Origin: Hypanus sabinus
Lineage: Eukaryota
Length of the DNA: 64,000 nucleotides
Reading direction: 5' to 3'
NCBI RefSeq assembly: GCF_030144855.1
Contig: NC_082710.1
Coordinates: forward strand, 55,366,001-55,430,000
Position 1 is the first letter of the stretch. Every line of letters begins with the position of its first letter. Below, piece by piece: positions 62,291-64,000 of the stretch. A program made the translations under genes and the position numbers. Under the pieces are notes generated by a model. The model made no database searches. It was not told the origin of the DNA and saw nothing but the letters and a program-made list of their open reading frames with translations.

Positions 62291-62973
62291 CCCAGACTGT
62301 GGACATTGGGGGGTGTATCGCTCTGGTTCTGGGGGGGGGGGTTATGTGGCGACCCATTTCCTGGCGCATCCGAACCGACTCACAATTAGATAGCCTTCGG
62401 GGGTTTGCGAGCACAGAGCTTTGGAGCCTCTGCGCCATGGGGGGCCGGTCGAGGGAGGCTTAAAAGTGAGGCTGAAGTTTTCGAATAAAGTTTTTTCCTT
62501 CGACTGCAGTTACCGACTCCGTGTCGTAATTTTAGCGCTGCGTGTAGCACACCGCTACAGGGTGATCATTTTTTTTCTCTATCTGCTAATGCAACTGAGG
62601 ACCAGCAAAGCTTTGAAAAGGTGCACTTTGATGCTGATTGAAGAGAAGTAAAAATATGTACGTGCCTACTCATGGTACTGAGTGTGAATCTAGAAATAAT
62701 GAGAACAATAATCTGAAAAATATTGAGTATCTTTACCTGTAATTGTAGGTGGACTTAAAATACAGGGAGTAGAATTTCGGATGGAATTCATGTGAAGCAA
62801 GTTAAAGTTGGAGACACTCACCAAGAAAGGAGACATGGCTGTGGCAGTGAGTTTTGTTAGCTTTTAAAGAGGAAATGGAGGCAAGGTGAAAAAGGCAATG
62901 GAATTCTCAGCTGCAGAGCTTCTTCACATTAAATACCCCCGGAAAACAGAAAATATAATGAAATAACCAAAAT

Positions 62974-63319
62974 ACAATGGATTCTGGTTAATTGGGATAC
63001 ATCAGGACCAGTACATTTTAGCTCAATTATGTGGCTGCCCCAATTAGCTGAAGTTTCATGAAAACAGTTAAAAAGGTATAAAATAGACAAACTAAGTAAC
63101 AATGTACTTAGATGAAATACAGAACAAATTTGAACACTACTAATATGCAACAGTACTATAAAAGTGTATTAATTCCTAATAGTTATTGATGGAGGAATTC
63201 ATCCAGTATACATTTTTGTTCTTTAAGAGTTGTTCTAAATAACTAATTGGGGTAGTTGTCCTAAATAATTAGGACAACTACCCCGATTAACTGATGGCCA
63301 AATTAGCCAGAGTCCACTG
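62974..63319. mobile_element. Tigger-derived MITE
   Basis: TA-CAATGGATTCTGGTTAATTGG...CCAAATTAGCCAGAGTCCACTG-TA. Same family as 2010-4383, with another right end near 57225-57262. Confidence 0.85.
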
Positions 63320-64000
63320 TACTTATGATACTGGAAATCTGGAATAGGAAATGAATAGATTTTGTAAAGATCTAGTTGCCTTGAATAACAAATACATTAT
63401 CTGTTTACATCATCATACAAGCTGTGGCATGCCCAAACAAAAACCTAATAAAGGTTGTGCAATGGCAACAGTTCTTGTATGCCCAGGTTGAGAGTAGATA
63501 GTGTGCTCATAAAAGCCAGTAATTGTTATTGCCAGGTACAGTAACAACTTGTATAAACAAAAGTAGTAATAGGTTTTATCCTGTATTTCCCCTCAAGATA
63601 TAGAAGTAAACATTAATGTTGAGTTTTCTACTGCTTTGTTTTAAAATGGGATGATTAGTCCTGGATTTACTGATATGCACCCTTCACCAAAATATCTTTT
63701 TCTTCCCCGAACATGTCCAAATACAAAAGGCTAACTTTTGCTTTCTGGATGGCTCCAGAGTCAAGTGGCATGATCCAGTGGCAGCAGAGATTTGAATGAT
63801 GGACAAACCTGAGCAAATCCCAGCTACAAAGCTCTCTGAAGCCTTTTAATTGACAAGAAAATCCTGCTTCCTATTTTGCTGGATGTCAGTTGCAAATTCC
63901 TCCAAGTTTCTGAACAGCATTGACATTTGGAATCATTTAAAAACTGCTCATTTTTAAAACAAAGAAAGTAGGACAGTTTTGACTTCCTTATATAACATGA

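Larger units (their letters stand above)
59431..62559 (+). mobile_element. Young Gypsy LTR retrotransposon, CsRn1-like clade, internally deleted
   Basis: LTRs at 59431-59648 and 62345-62559 (TG..CA) differ by 2 substitutions and a G9/G6 run. TSD GGGT (59427-30, 62560-63). tRNA-Trp PBS and G-rich PPT at 62331-62341. Confidence 0.96.

Noticed and set aside
59431-62559. Bacterial contamination or endogenous retrovirus
   Set aside because: LTRs, TSD, PBS and Gypsy-type RT are integrated in host repeats, and there is no env.

Overview
Repeat-dense, AT-rich vertebrate genomic DNA. The repeat set (HE1/V-SINE, HER1-like CR1 LINEs, Rex1/Babar LINEs, Penelope-like fold-back elements) suggests a cartilaginous fish, probably a ray or skate (inference). 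No host protein-coding gene can be supported, so the window looks intronic or intergenic. Nearly all listed ORFs are transposon fragments, antisense shadows or low-complexity artefacts. Main structures: (1) a Tc1 transposon (16417-25218) split by a non-autonomous Gmr1-like Gypsy element (17165-24449, minus strand, tRNA-Pro PBS, GCTC TSD) with a duplicated SCAN/protease block and a ~2 kb homopurine expansion in one LTR; (2) a very young, GC-rich CsRn1-type Gypsy element (59431-62559, tRNA-Trp PBS, GGGT TSD) with a -1 frameshift signal and an inverted, displaced integrase segment; (3) many Penelope-like elements and fold-back derivatives from two families carrying minimal hammerhead-ribozyme motifs, one of which holds a copy of nearby DNA; (4) several Tigger/pogo elements, plus nested CR1, Rex1/Babar, RTE and Tx1 LINE fragments. 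All coordinates were counted by eye and boundaries of old repeats are approximate.
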